NCBI GenBank assembly: GCA_035569675.1
Contig: DATMMN010000145.1
Coordinates: 361 to 64,360, forward strand
Direction: 5' to 3'
From: Acidimicrobiales bacterium
GTDB taxonomy: Bacteria; Actinomycetota; Acidimicrobiia; Acidimicrobiales; RAAP-2
Length of the DNA stretch: 64,000 bases
In this document: positions 9,863 to 19,369 of the stretch, one piece after another
Numbering within the stretch: the stretch's first letter is position 1
How the letters are laid out: each line of letters begins with the position of its first letter
Program-made: the position numbers and the translations under genes
Notes under the pieces: generated by a model
What the model was told of the DNA's origin: nothing
Databases searched by the model: none
The model's input: only the letters and a program-made list of their open reading frames with translations

Positions 9863-10957
9863 ATGGGGGCGGCGGAAGCGGAAGGCTCTCGGCGCTCCGA
9901 GCGGACGCCGATCCTCGGGGAGGTGACGGCGGTCGCGCCGATCCGCGTCTGCGACCTGGGCGGGTGGACCGACACGTGGTTCTCCCGTCGTGGCATGGTC
10001 TTCAACATCGCGGTCTCTCCGGGCGTCGAGGTCCGCGTGCGGATCTTGGAGGCGGGGTCGATCAGGCACCGCATCGTCCTCGAGGTGGCCAACTTCGGCT
10101 ACACCTATGGCTTCGAGCCCGGACATGCACCCGGTCGTCACCCACTGCTCGAAGCGGTGATCGACGACGTCGGGGTGCCCGACGGCGTCGCTGTCAAGAT
10201 CCGCGTCGCCTCGGACGTGCCGGCCGGGAGCTCGACCGGGACATCCGCAGCAGTGGCGGTCGCGCTCATCGGCGCGCTCGACGCGCTCGTTCGTCCGCGG
10301 CCCCCGCTCGAGGTGGCGCAAGCCGCACATCGCGTGGAGGTAGAGCGGCTCGGCCTGCAATCGGGTGTCCAGGACCAGCTGAGCGCTGCGTTCGGCGGCG
10401 TCAGCTTCATCGAGGTCGGCCCCTATCCGCAAGCCTCCCGGACCGGGCTCTCCGTGCCCGAACCCGCATTGCAGGAGCTCGGGCAACGGCTGGTCCTTCT
10501 CCATTTGGGCCGGCCGCACCGTTCATCGGAGATCCACGACCGCGTGATCGAGCGCCTGGTCGGCGAGGGGGAGGACTCTCCTGCCCTCGAGGAGCTCCGT
10601 GCGTGCGCGGTCATGGCCCGCGATGCCGTGCTCGCCGGCGACCTCGAGGCCGTGGGTCGCGCCATGACCCGGAACACTGACGCGCAACGCCGTCTGCACG
10701 CGGACCTCGTCAGCGCGCAGGCCCAAGCCGCCATCGACATCGCTGCTGCCCATGGCGCGTCCGGATGGAAGGTCAACGGCGCAGGCGGCGAGGGAGGCAG
10801 CCTGAGCCTTCTCGCGGGGCCGGACCCGGCGCGCCGCCACACGATGGAACGCGCATTGCTCGCCGCCGATGCCTCGCTGCGGGTCATTCCGACCTGTCTC
10901 AGTCAGGTCGGACTGCAGGTGAGGCGCTCTACTCCTCCGGGGGCGGCGGCGTCTTGA
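9863..10957 (+). CDS. GHMP-family sugar kinase (heptose-7-P/fucose kinase-like)
   Basis: GHMP motif DVPAGSSTGTSAAVAVA and C-terminal GAGGEGGS. The 3' end overlaps the convergent GNAT gene by 29 nt. Confidence 0.75.
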   Translation: MGAAEAEGSRRSERTPILGEVTAVAPIRVCDLGGWTDTWFSRRGMVFNIAVSPGVEVRVRILEAGSIRHRIVLEVANFGYTYGFEPGHAPGRHPLLEAVIDDVGVPDGVAVKIRVASDVPAGSSTGTSAAVAVALIGALDALVRPRPPLEVAQAAHRVEVERLGLQSGVQDQLSAAFGGVSFIEVGPYPQASRTGLSVPEPALQELGQRLVLLHLGRPHRSSEIHDRVIERLVGEGEDSPALEELRACAVMARDAVLAGDLEAVGRAMTRNTDAQRRLHADLVSAQAQAAIDIAAAHGASGWKVNGAGGEGGSLSLLAGPDPARRHTMERALLAADASLRVIPTCLSQVGLQVRRSTPPGAAAS

Positions 10958-11288
10958 AGTCGACGTGGACCCCACCGGCCTCGTCCGGGTGCTCCTTCAA
11001 CCAGCGGCGGGCGAACGGGCACCAGGGGACGATAGTCAGATGGTCGGACTCCGCCCGGCGGAGAGCGGCCCGCACGAGCTGGCCCGCGATGCCGCGGCCG
11101 CCCAACGCCTCGGGTACCTCGGTGTGGACGAGGATCAAGTGGTCGCCGCTCACTCGGTACAGGAGCTCAGCCTCCAGGTCGTCTATCCGCACCACGAACC
11201 GGTTCTCGGCAGGGATGTCGACGACGTGCACGGTGTCGCTGTGGTCGGTCACGGCATGTCCTCCCGGGTCGTCGCGATCGGGGATCAC
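10929..11288 (-). CDS. small GNAT-like N-acetyltransferase (YjdJ/Acetyltransf_CG type)
   Basis: VHTEVPEALGGRGIAGQLV...CPFARRWL pattern, characteristic of the single-domain GNAT-like family. Confidence 0.6.
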   Translation of the reverse strand: MIPDRDDPGGHAVTDHSDTVHVVDIPAENRFVVRIDDLEAELLYRVSGDHLILVHTEVPEALGGRGIAGQLVRAALRRAESDHLTIVPWCPFARRWLKEHPDEAGGVHVDFKTPPPPEE

Positions 11289-11311
11289 CTTACGGGTAGA
11301 GAAGAGAATCC

Positions 11312-11479
11312 ATGAGCGGTCCCGTCACCGCCGAGGACGTTGCCGCCGTCCCCGGCGACGAAGAGGCGGAGGAGTCCCCGGTCGTCCAGCTCGAACCCGG
11401 TCGCGTCACCCGGGTCGGGTCGCTCCCGGTGCGCCGCGTCCTCCCACAGCGGCCGCGGAAGACGGTCGGCGCCTGGTGA
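11312..11479 (+). pseudogene. truncated N-terminal fragment of a pirin-family gene
   Basis: 55-codon ORF ending ...VGSLPVRRVLPQRPRKTVGAW*. It matches the actinobacterial pirin N-terminal motif VRRxLPQRxRxxxGAWCF. The cupin body is absent; the next gene's stop is at 11510 on the other strand. Confidence 0.45.
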
Positions 11480-11509
11480 CCGCCCTGGGAGTAGGAGCTC
11501 GCGTGCGGG

Positions 11510-12622
11510 CTACCACTCGCCCCAACCGGGCGGGCTGACCGACCCGGTCACGAGGCGCGGGTCGACCGAGGCACGCGTTTGGCCCGCCTCGTAGACGGCG
11601 AAGCAGAGCCGCAACACGTCCGTCGCCTCGTTGGCGGTCATGGACGCCGGCGTCCCGTGCACGAGGGCATCGACGAAGTGTTGTGACGAGCGGACGAAGC
11701 CGGCGCCCCAGTCGGCGTCGACGTCGGTGAACTCGGTTGTCTTGAGTTCGTGCGACGTGCCGGTGAACAACATGACCGGCGCCAGGTCCAGCATCTCGCC
11801 CGTGGCGCGGGTCACCCACAACTGCCCCTCGTCACCCGTGATCTCGAAGAACTCGTCCGCTCCGTAGTACTGCGAGCGCATGTAGAAGTTCGGGGAGTAC
11901 TGCACCTCCATCATCCCGAGCACCTCGGGGTCCTCGTACTCGAAGATCACCGCACATGGTTCGAAGAAGAAGTCGCGGCGCCGCACGACGGCCTGGACCG
12001 AGGTGATATCGAGGTCGAGCAACCAGAGCGCCATGGCGTACTTGTGCACCATGTCGTCGAAGAGGTGCCCGCCGGGACTGCGCTTGTCGAGGCGCCAGCC
12101 GTACCCCTCGGGACGGAGGGCGGCCTGGAAGGCCGAGTCGGTCTGTCCCACAAGCGTGCGGATGCGCAGCGAGGTCGGCTTGCCGATGGCGCCGTCGGCG
12201 ACCAGTTTCTTGGCGAGCTCGAGGGGAGGGTAGTGCACGAAGCACTCGCTGACGCGCAGAACGCGCCCGGTGCGCTCGGCCACGGCCTGCATCTCCAGCG
12301 CGTCCTCGACCGAGTTGGCCACCGGCTTCTGTACTGACACGTGCTTGCCCGCCTCGAGGGCGGCGATGACGTGGTCGTGGTGCAGGTGGGTGGGGGTGAG
12401 GATCTCGACCGCATCGACGGCGTCGTCGCCGAGCAGGTCCGCCAACTGGGCGTAGAAGCGCTCCGCACCCCACTCCTTGGCCGCCCGCTTTCCCACCTCT
12501 TCGTCGGTGTCGCACACCGCGACGACGTCGCAGCGGGGATCTTCCACGTAGCCCCGGACGTTCATGGCCGCGATGTTGCCGGCGCCCACGACGCCGAGCC
12601 GGACCCTTTCCATTACCCTCAT
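11510..12622 (-). CDS. Gfo/Idh/MocA family oxidoreductase
   Basis: N-terminal VRLGVVGAGNIA Rossmann motif and EKP-like VQKPVA motif. The start may be ATG 12613. Confidence 0.85.
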   Translation of the reverse strand: MRVMERVRLGVVGAGNIAAMNVRGYVEDPRCDVVAVCDTDEEVGKRAAKEWGAERFYAQLADLLGDDAVDAVEILTPTHLHHDHVIAALEAGKHVSVQKPVANSVEDALEMQAVAERTGRVLRVSECFVHYPPLELAKKLVADGAIGKPTSLRIRTLVGQTDSAFQAALRPEGYGWRLDKRSPGGHLFDDMVHKYAMALWLLDLDITSVQAVVRRRDFFFEPCAVIFEYEDPEVLGMMEVQYSPNFYMRSQYYGADEFFEITGDEGQLWVTRATGEMLDLAPVMLFTGTSHELKTTEFTDVDADWGAGFVRSSQHFVDALVHGTPASMTANEATDVLRLCFAVYEAGQTRASVDPRLVTGSVSPPGWGEW

Positions 12623-12643
12623 CCTCTCGCCAAGACGCGCCGC

Positions 12644-13885
12644 CTACGCGTCGGTTCCGAACGCCCCCCCGTTTCGGGCCGCGGCGATCCGATTGTCGTC
12701 GTATCCGAGGACGCTGCGCAAAACGTCTTCAGTGTGCTGACCGACCGTCGGCGCCTTGGCCGGATGCGGCAACGCTTCGCCGACGAAGTGCAGGGGCGTG
12801 AACAGCTGGTCGGCGCCCACCTCCGACTGCGGCAGCAGCGGCAGGCGGTCCGCGAACTGCGGGTCGTCGAGCAGCGTCTTGGGTGAGTTGACCGGCGCGA
12901 TCGGCGTGTTCACGGCACCACCGAAGTCGAGCCACTCTCGTGCCGTCTTGGTCCGGAAGATGTCGCGCAGCTCGCTCCGGAGTTCGCGGTTGCCCCGCGC
13001 GTGATCGGCGTACTTCGACCCGGGCCAGCGCTCGAAGAGGTCCATCCGGCCCACGCCCTCGCAGAAGTTCTTCCAGAACGCCTGCTCCGACGCCATGAAG
13101 AGCACGTGGGCGCCGTCGGCTGCCTCGTAGACCTGGTAGCGCACGCCTTCGACCATGCCGGCGGTGCCCGGGGCGCGCCGCTCGTAGTCGTCGGACTTGT
13201 TCCCGGTCACCTCGGACTGGGGGCGCTCGTAGGCCCGCCACGTCTCGGAGCGGTACCAGTCGAAGGCTGCGGCCGCGTCGGATTGGGCCAGGTCGATGTA
13301 GGAGCCTTCCCCGGTGTCACGGGCCCGGATCACCGCGGCCAGGATCCCCAGGGCGCCGACGATCGGCGCCGCGTTGATGCCGATCGACACGTGTTCGGGG
13401 ATGTAGGCGAATCCCTCGTCGTCGGTGGCCACGTTCACGATGCCGGCCCACGTGTCGTAGGCGATGCCGTGGCTCGGGTAGTCGCGGTAGGGGCCGGTCA
13501 TCCCGTAGCCGGAGATCGTGCAGAACACGATCTTGGGATTGAGCGCCTTCAAGTCGTCGTAGCCGACACCGCGGCGGGCCAGGGATCCGGGCCGCATCGC
13601 CTCGATCACCACGTCCGCCCGGGCCGCCAGCTCCTTCATGATGTCGGTTCCCGCGTCCGCCCGGAGGTCGAGCACGATCGAGCGCTTGCCGCGGTTGAGA
13701 TGCAGGTGCATGAGCGAGACACCCTCGACGATCGGCCAGGTCATCTCCCGGATGTAGTCGCCGGCAGGGGGTTCGACCTTGATCACGTCCGCCCCGAGAT
13801 CGACCAGGGAGGTCGTGATGGCCGCCGGGCCCAGGGCCGAGCACTCGATGATCCGCAACCCGTGCAGCGGTGGCGCCGTCGCCAT
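12644..13885 (-). CDS. CoA-transferase family III (CaiB/BaiF) protein
   Basis: LRIIECSALGPAAITTSLVDLGADVIKVEPP; GYGMTGPY. Strong RBS GGAGG before ATG 13885. Confidence 0.85.
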   Translation of the reverse strand: MATAPPLHGLRIIECSALGPAAITTSLVDLGADVIKVEPPAGDYIREMTWPIVEGVSLMHLHLNRGKRSIVLDLRADAGTDIMKELAARADVVIEAMRPGSLARRGVGYDDLKALNPKIVFCTISGYGMTGPYRDYPSHGIAYDTWAGIVNVATDDEGFAYIPEHVSIGINAAPIVGALGILAAVIRARDTGEGSYIDLAQSDAAAAFDWYRSETWRAYERPQSEVTGNKSDDYERRAPGTAGMVEGVRYQVYEAADGAHVLFMASEQAFWKNFCEGVGRMDLFERWPGSKYADHARGNRELRSELRDIFRTKTAREWLDFGGAVNTPIAPVNSPKTLLDDPQFADRLPLLPQSEVGADQLFTPLHFVGEALPHPAKAPTVGQHTEDVLRSVLGYDDNRIAAARNGGAFGTDA

Positions 13886-13965
13886 TACACCTCCTGTTGG
13901 TGAAGGCCGGATCGTAGCGGTCGTCGCCCTGGGCATCGGAGCCCGGGTCTGGCCATACTGGGGTC

Positions 13966-15006
13966 GTGGAGTCGGCCCCCCTCGACGACGCGTTGACAGT
14001 CTTCGCGGCTACCGCACCCTGCTACGGGTCGCTCGGTCTGGCCAACCACGGGCCGATGGCGGCCGAGGCGCTCGCTCACCTGGGCCGCGAGGATGCGATC
14101 GCGGACTGGGTCGAGCACTACCGCAAGCGGCTCGAGCCGGCGCCGCCACCGGCCGACCGGCCGCTGTCCGAGGAGGACTGGCCGCAGGCCCTCGGCCAGG
14201 ACGAGCGTTTCGCCGAATGGCTCACCTTGTTCGAGCGCGAGGTCGCCGACCGCCCGCCGGTTGCTGTCGTCGGCGAATGGGCCCCGCGGCTTCTGCCGGG
14301 CGCCGTCGGTGCCGCCACCCACGGGCTCATCCGTACCGCGCACGCCGTCCGGGCCCTGGCGGTGGCCGACACGCCGCCGCGCCGGCTCGAGCTCGCGAAC
14401 GGCCTGGCGTTCTGGGCCTCGACCTACCAGGAGCTCCCGGGCCCACCGCTTCTGATCGGCAAGGAGGACGTGCCCGACGCGTTGGCCGACCTGCCGTATC
14501 TGCACGAGGACGCGCCGCGGCAGCTGCTCATCAGCGACATGGTTGCGCAGGTCGGCGACATCGCCGACGAGTTCGAGCAGGCTGTCGCCTCGCTCGGTTG
14601 GACCGGCGGCGCTGTCGAGTTGCTCGACGCGCTGGCCTGGGGCGGCTCCTTGGCCTACCTGCGCAACGCGGACGACGGCGGCGCGTTCGGTCTCCTGCAC
14701 TCGGTGACGTCACCCATGGCCTGCGAGCTGATCCTGCCCTGGCTCGCGGTCGAAGATCGGGACGCCGCGCTCGGCTACGTGTGGCAGGCCGTTGCGGCGC
14801 TCCACGTCGCCTACGACATCGATCGCAAGAGCGAGCTGCCCGAGCGGGACACGCTGCCCGCCGACGCGCTGGTCGACCGGGCGCTGGCCTCGCGCGACGA
14901 GCACGCCATCAAGCTCACCGAGGCGGCGCTGCGCAGCTTCGAGCGCTCGGGAGATCGGGAGCTGCTGTGGGCGGCCGCCGACGCCGGCGCCCGATTCAGC
15001 GGCTGA
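13966..15006 (+). CDS. questin-oxidase-like (DUF4243) protein
   Basis: N-terminal ...LANHGPMAAEALAHLGR... is typical of the family as I recall it. About 346 aa. Confidence 0.5.
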   Translation: MESAPLDDALTVFAATAPCYGSLGLANHGPMAAEALAHLGREDAIADWVEHYRKRLEPAPPPADRPLSEEDWPQALGQDERFAEWLTLFEREVADRPPVAVVGEWAPRLLPGAVGAATHGLIRTAHAVRALAVADTPPRRLELANGLAFWASTYQELPGPPLLIGKEDVPDALADLPYLHEDAPRQLLISDMVAQVGDIADEFEQAVASLGWTGGAVELLDALAWGGSLAYLRNADDGGAFGLLHSVTSPMACELILPWLAVEDRDAALGYVWQAVAALHVAYDIDRKSELPERDTLPADALVDRALASRDEHAIKLTEAALRSFERSGDRELLWAAADAGARFSG

Positions 15007-15055
15007 GGCGGGGGCGCGGGGCGGGCCGCCAGGCCTCTGGCTAGCCTCGGCCGGC

Positions 15056-16135
15056 ATGGAATACCGCACCCTCGGCCGAACCGGCATCAAGGTCAGCCCC
15101 CTTTGTCTCGGGGCGATGATGTTCGGATCGTTCGGCAACACCGACCACGACGACAGCATTCGCATCATCCATGCCGCGCTCGATGCGGGCATCAACTTCG
15201 TCGACACCGCCGACATCTACTCGTTCGGCGAGTCCGAGGAGATCGTCGGCAAGGCCCTCGCCCAGACCAAGCGCCACCGCGTGGTGCTGGCGACCAAGGT
15301 GCACGGGCAGATGGGCCGCGACCCCAACGCGCAGGGCAACTCGCGCCGCTGGATCATGGACGAGTGCGACCGGAGCCTGCGCCGGCTTGGTGTCGACTAC
15401 ATCGACCTCTACCAGATCCACCGGCCGTCGCCCGAGACCGACATCGACGAGACGCTCGGCGCGTTGACCGATCTGGTCCGGGCCGGGAAGATCCGCTACT
15501 TCGGCAGCTCGACGTTCCCGGCGCACGAGGTGGTGGAGGCGCAATGGGTGGCCGAGCGCCGGGCCCGCGAGCGTTTCGTCACCGAGCAGCCGCCGTATTC
15601 GATCTTGGTGCGCAGCATCGAGAAGGACGTGCTGCCGACGTGCCAGCGCTACGGCATGGGCGTGCTGTCGTGGAGCCCGCTGGGGGGCGGCTGGCTCTCG
15701 GGCGCGTTCGGGACGGGCCGGGAGAACACGAGCCGGCGGGCCACGGTCATGCCCGACCGCTACGACATGGAGCTCGCGGCCAACCGGGCCAAGCTCGATG
15801 CGGTCGACCGGCTCGGCGCGCTGGCCGCGGAGGCGGGGTTGTCGCTGATCGAGCTGGCGCTCGGGTTCGTGCTTGCGCACCCGGGCGTGACGTGCCCCAT
15901 CATCGGGCCCCGGACGATGGAGCACCTGCAGTCGCAACTGCCTGCGCTGGAGTTGCGTCTCGGCGAGGACTTGCTCGACCGGATCGACGAGATCGTGCCG
16001 CCGGGGGTGGACGTGAACGAGACCGACGTGGGCTGGGTGCCGGCCGCCATCGCCGACAAGTCGCTGCGGCGGCGCCCGCTCGAGGCGTCAGCACAACCGC
16101 GGGGACTGGTCGATGCCGTCAGCTCGGCGGACTGA
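15056..16135 (+). CDS. aldo/keto reductase
   Basis: MEYRTLGRTGIKVSPLCLGAMMFG, DTADIYS, IDLYQIHRP motifs. Confidence 0.9.
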   Translation: MEYRTLGRTGIKVSPLCLGAMMFGSFGNTDHDDSIRIIHAALDAGINFVDTADIYSFGESEEIVGKALAQTKRHRVVLATKVHGQMGRDPNAQGNSRRWIMDECDRSLRRLGVDYIDLYQIHRPSPETDIDETLGALTDLVRAGKIRYFGSSTFPAHEVVEAQWVAERRARERFVTEQPPYSILVRSIEKDVLPTCQRYGMGVLSWSPLGGGWLSGAFGTGRENTSRRATVMPDRYDMELAANRAKLDAVDRLGALAAEAGLSLIELALGFVLAHPGVTCPIIGPRTMEHLQSQLPALELRLGEDLLDRIDEIVPPGVDVNETDVGWVPAAIADKSLRRRPLEASAQPRGLVDAVSSAD

Positions 16136-16179
16136 ACGCGGGTGACCGGTGGGCGTCGCCGGTCGCTCGTGGTCGATGA

Positions 16180-17232
16180 TCAAGTGGGTCTGAGGGCACG
16201 GCCCGCGACGAGGGGCATCTCCAGGTAAGTGCGCAGGCCGGGCTCGGCCCGGCAGACGTAGGGCACCGCATTGACGCAATGCATCGCCGTGGCCACGATG
16301 CCAGGGTTGCGCGCGAGGCCCGCTTCCACCGTCGCGGGGTGCAGTTTGCGGAAGGTCACGAGGCAGTCGGGGTCGCCCGTGATCTCCACCTCGAAGTGCT
16401 CACCGTCGGCGCCGAAGCGCCACGGCGGGTCCAGGTGGTCCTCACCCATGAGCCAGTTGACGGCGGCTGTCACGACCGGCTCACCGTCGACCAGCCCCTC
16501 CCAGCGAAAGCGCTGTGCCGCGACCAGGCCGGGTGCGATCGGCCCGATGGGCGACTCGATCGGCGCCGTGGCGACCGCCATCTCGTGCGTGGTGCGCAGG
16601 TCGGGTTCGATGGCGAACCCCAGCTCGTCGGCCACCATGCGCACCGACTGGCCGAAGCCGGCGCCCAGCGCCTCGGCCATGATGCTCTGACGCGCCTCCT
16701 CGGGGGTCTTGCCGAACAGCATCCAGTCGCGGACGACGTCCGGCGCGCCGTACGTGCGGATGTCGGAGAACTCCTCGGCCCTGACGCGGGTGATGGAGCC
16801 CGACAGCGCGGACACCATGAGCGGGAAGCGCTCTGTGATCCCGCCCGGGTGGATACCGGTGCCGTGCAGGGTGACTCCGGCGGCGCGGCAGATCGCATCG
16901 AGCTGCGCGCGCTCCACGGAGGGCGGGTAGAACCAGCCGAGCGGCGTCACGACGTTCTTGCCCGATTCGAGGAGACGAGTCACGACGTCGACATCGGCGA
17001 AGATGGGGCTGTAGACGACGCAGTCGGCGTCGAGGGCCAGGAGGGCGTCGACGTCTCGGGTGGCCGCGATCCCGATGGGCGCCCGCCCGGCGAGGGTGCC
17101 GATGTCGATCCCTTCCTTGTCGGGCGAGTGCACCCAGCAGCCCGCGACTTCGAGATCCGGATGGCCGAGGACGCCTTCGATGGCGGCCCGGCCGACGTTG
17201 CCGGTCGCCCACTGTACGACGCGATAGGACAC
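16180..17232 (-). CDS. DapB-like NAD(P)H-dependent amine dehydrogenase family protein
   Basis: MSYRVVQWATGNVGR N-terminus. Clear paralog of 34296..35360. Confidence 0.6.
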   Translation of the reverse strand: MSYRVVQWATGNVGRAAIEGVLGHPDLEVAGCWVHSPDKEGIDIGTLAGRAPIGIAATRDVDALLALDADCVVYSPIFADVDVVTRLLESGKNVVTPLGWFYPPSVERAQLDAICRAAGVTLHGTGIHPGGITERFPLMVSALSGSITRVRAEEFSDIRTYGAPDVVRDWMLFGKTPEEARQSIMAEALGAGFGQSVRMVADELGFAIEPDLRTTHEMAVATAPIESPIGPIAPGLVAAQRFRWEGLVDGEPVVTAAVNWLMGEDHLDPPWRFGADGEHFEVEITGDPDCLVTFRKLHPATVEAGLARNPGIVATAMHCVNAVPYVCRAEPGLRTYLEMPLVAGRALRPT

Positions 17233-17342
17233 GGCTCACCCCCTGTGCGCTGGGTGGCTCACCATATGGGATCGATCAGGCCGGGCGCACTATGTTCCCT
17301 GTGCCGACCGCGACATGGCGCCGTGATCGCGTGGGGAGACCA

Positions 17343-17768
17343 ATGAGCGCAGCGGACGAGAACCGCAAGGTGATCGAGGGGTTCTGGGAGGACCTGTACC
17401 GGCCGGACCTGGAGGCGGCCGCCGCCCGCTTCGCGCCCGACGGCACGTATACCGACGTCGGGACCCCCGAAGACGACGTGGCCCGGGGTCCCGACGAGAT
17501 CGTGCGGCGCCTGACCCTGGCGTGGGCCAAGCTCGCCAGCCTGCGCGACGAACGCCGGTGCCTGGTGGCCGGTGACGACGCGGTCATGACCGAGCACGTC
17601 GAGCATTGGGAGTGGCCGACCGGCGAGACGATGGCCCTGCCGGTGGTTTCGGCCCACGTGCTGGTGGACGGGCGAATCGTTCGATGGACCGACTACTGGG
17701 ACATGGGCGCATTGGTCGCCGCGGCGCCGCAGTGGTGGTTCGAGCACGTCATGCAGGGCTGGAAGTAG
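17343..17768 (+). CDS. NTF2-superfamily protein (SnoaL / limonene-1,2-epoxide hydrolase-like)
   Basis: About 141 aa, VIEGFWEDLY...RWTDYWD pattern. ATG 17343 chosen. Confidence 0.6.
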   Translation: MSAADENRKVIEGFWEDLYRPDLEAAAARFAPDGTYTDVGTPEDDVARGPDEIVRRLTLAWAKLASLRDERRCLVAGDDAVMTEHVEHWEWPTGETMALPVVSAHVLVDGRIVRWTDYWDMGALVAAAPQWWFEHVMQGWK

Positions 17769-17778
17769 GGCGCGGGAC

Positions 17779-19053
17779 GTGGCGCGGCTGATCCTTGCCG
17801 GTGGGACCGTGCTCGATGCGGACGGCCCCCGCCCGCACTCGACGGTCGTCGTCGAGGACCGCCGGATCAGCGTCGTCTGTTCCGACGGTGTCGCCGACGC
17901 CGCCCTCGACGCCCGCCCCGAGGACCGGGTGGTCGACCTCGGAGGCCGCACCGTCATGCCCGGCCTCGTCAGCAGCCACTTCCACGCCACCTACCACGAG
18001 CTCGGCTCGAAGATGGCACCGTTCGGGCTCGAGGAGCCCCCGGCCCTCCAGGCGGTGCGGGCGGCGCACCACCTCGAGCTGCTGCTGCGCTGCGGCTTCA
18101 CGGGTGCGGTGAGCGCGGGCGCGCCGTTCGCCATCGACGCGTCGATGAAGACCGCGATCGCAGAGGGGCTCTTCCCCGGGCCGCGCCTGATGGCGGGCAG
18201 CCGGGACGTCAGCACTACCGGCCACGCCGGCGACAAGAGCTTCCCCTGGTACTGGGACGTGGGCGCCCGTGGCGCCGTCAACCGCTCCGACGGGCCCGAC
18301 GAGTTCCGCCGAGCGGTCCGCGAGGAGATCAAGCAGGGCGCCGAGATCATCAAGATGTTCGTCACCGGCGGCCACGGCACCGTCGCCCCGGCCGAGCAGA
18401 CCGAGATGTCGCGCGCCGAGCTGAACGCCGGCATCGAGGCCGCGCACGAGCGCGGCGTCCTCGTGCGCGGGCACATCGCCAATCGCGACGCGCTCCATAT
18501 GGCGCTCGACGCCCGAATCGACGTCGTCGACCACGGCGACGGGCTCGACGAGGCGGCCATCGGGCGCATGGTCGACCAGGGCACCTTCCTCGTGCCGAGT
18601 CAGCTCTTCCCGGCCCGCTTCGCCGAGATGATGGGTGACGGTGGCCTCGGCTTCACCGCCGCCATGGCCCTGGACATCGAGCACGCGCTCGCCATCCTGC
18701 CCGTCGCCAACGCAGCCGGGGTCAAACTGCTGTGCGGCGACGACTACGGCGCGATCGGTCTGCCGCACGGCCGCTACGCCGACGAGCTCGAGTTCTACGT
18801 GAAGGAGGCGGGGATCGCGCCCCTCGACGTGCTGCGTTGGGCGACGCGCCACGGCGCGGAGCTCATGGGCCGGGCCCACGAGCTCGGGTCGGTGCGTGAG
18901 GGCTACCTGGCGGACCTGCTCGTCGTCGACGGCGACCCGCTTTCCGACGTCGGCGTGCTCCAGGATGCGACCCGCCTGGTCGCCATCATGAAGGGCGGGA
19001 CACTGGTCGTGGACGAGCTCGACGCGCTGGGCACCCCCGAGCCTCGGGGCTGA
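17779..19053 (+). CDS. amidohydrolase family (metal-dependent hydrolase) protein
   Basis: N-terminal ILAGGTVLD, HFH metal-binding motif (SSHFHATY), later HGD. Confidence 0.8.
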   Translation: MARLILAGGTVLDADGPRPHSTVVVEDRRISVVCSDGVADAALDARPEDRVVDLGGRTVMPGLVSSHFHATYHELGSKMAPFGLEEPPALQAVRAAHHLELLLRCGFTGAVSAGAPFAIDASMKTAIAEGLFPGPRLMAGSRDVSTTGHAGDKSFPWYWDVGARGAVNRSDGPDEFRRAVREEIKQGAEIIKMFVTGGHGTVAPAEQTEMSRAELNAGIEAAHERGVLVRGHIANRDALHMALDARIDVVDHGDGLDEAAIGRMVDQGTFLVPSQLFPARFAEMMGDGGLGFTAAMALDIEHALAILPVANAAGVKLLCGDDYGAIGLPHGRYADELEFYVKEAGIAPLDVLRWATRHGAELMGRAHELGSVREGYLADLLVVDGDPLSDVGVLQDATRLVAIMKGGTLVVDELDALGTPEPRG

Positions 19054-19072
19054 GCCGCTGTACTCTCCGGCG

Positions 19073-19369
19073 ATGATCATCATCGCCGGTTCCATGAGCT
19101 TCGACGCCTCCGACCGCGCCGACGTGCTGGCGAGCCTGGCCGAGGTGACCGGGGCCAGCCGGCGCGACGCCGGCTGCATGGAGTACTGGTGGGCGGAGGA
19201 CCTCGAACACCCGAACACCTTCTCCTTCTACGAGTGCTGGGAGTCCAAGGCGCTGCTCGACGCCCATCTCGCGCAACCCCACGAGGCCGCGTTCGCCGAA
19301 CGCAACTTCGGCCGCATGACGGGGGCGACGGCGTCCATGTTCGAGGCGAGCGCGGTCCCGCCAAGTTGA
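19073..19369 (+). CDS. antibiotic biosynthesis monooxygenase (ABM) domain protein
   Basis: 98 aa. ...FYECWESKALLDAHLAQPH... is typical of the ABM/YgiN family. Confidence 0.75.
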   Translation: MIIIAGSMSFDASDRADVLASLAEVTGASRRDAGCMEYWWAEDLEHPNTFSFYECWESKALLDAHLAQPHEAAFAERNFGRMTGATASMFEASAVPPS

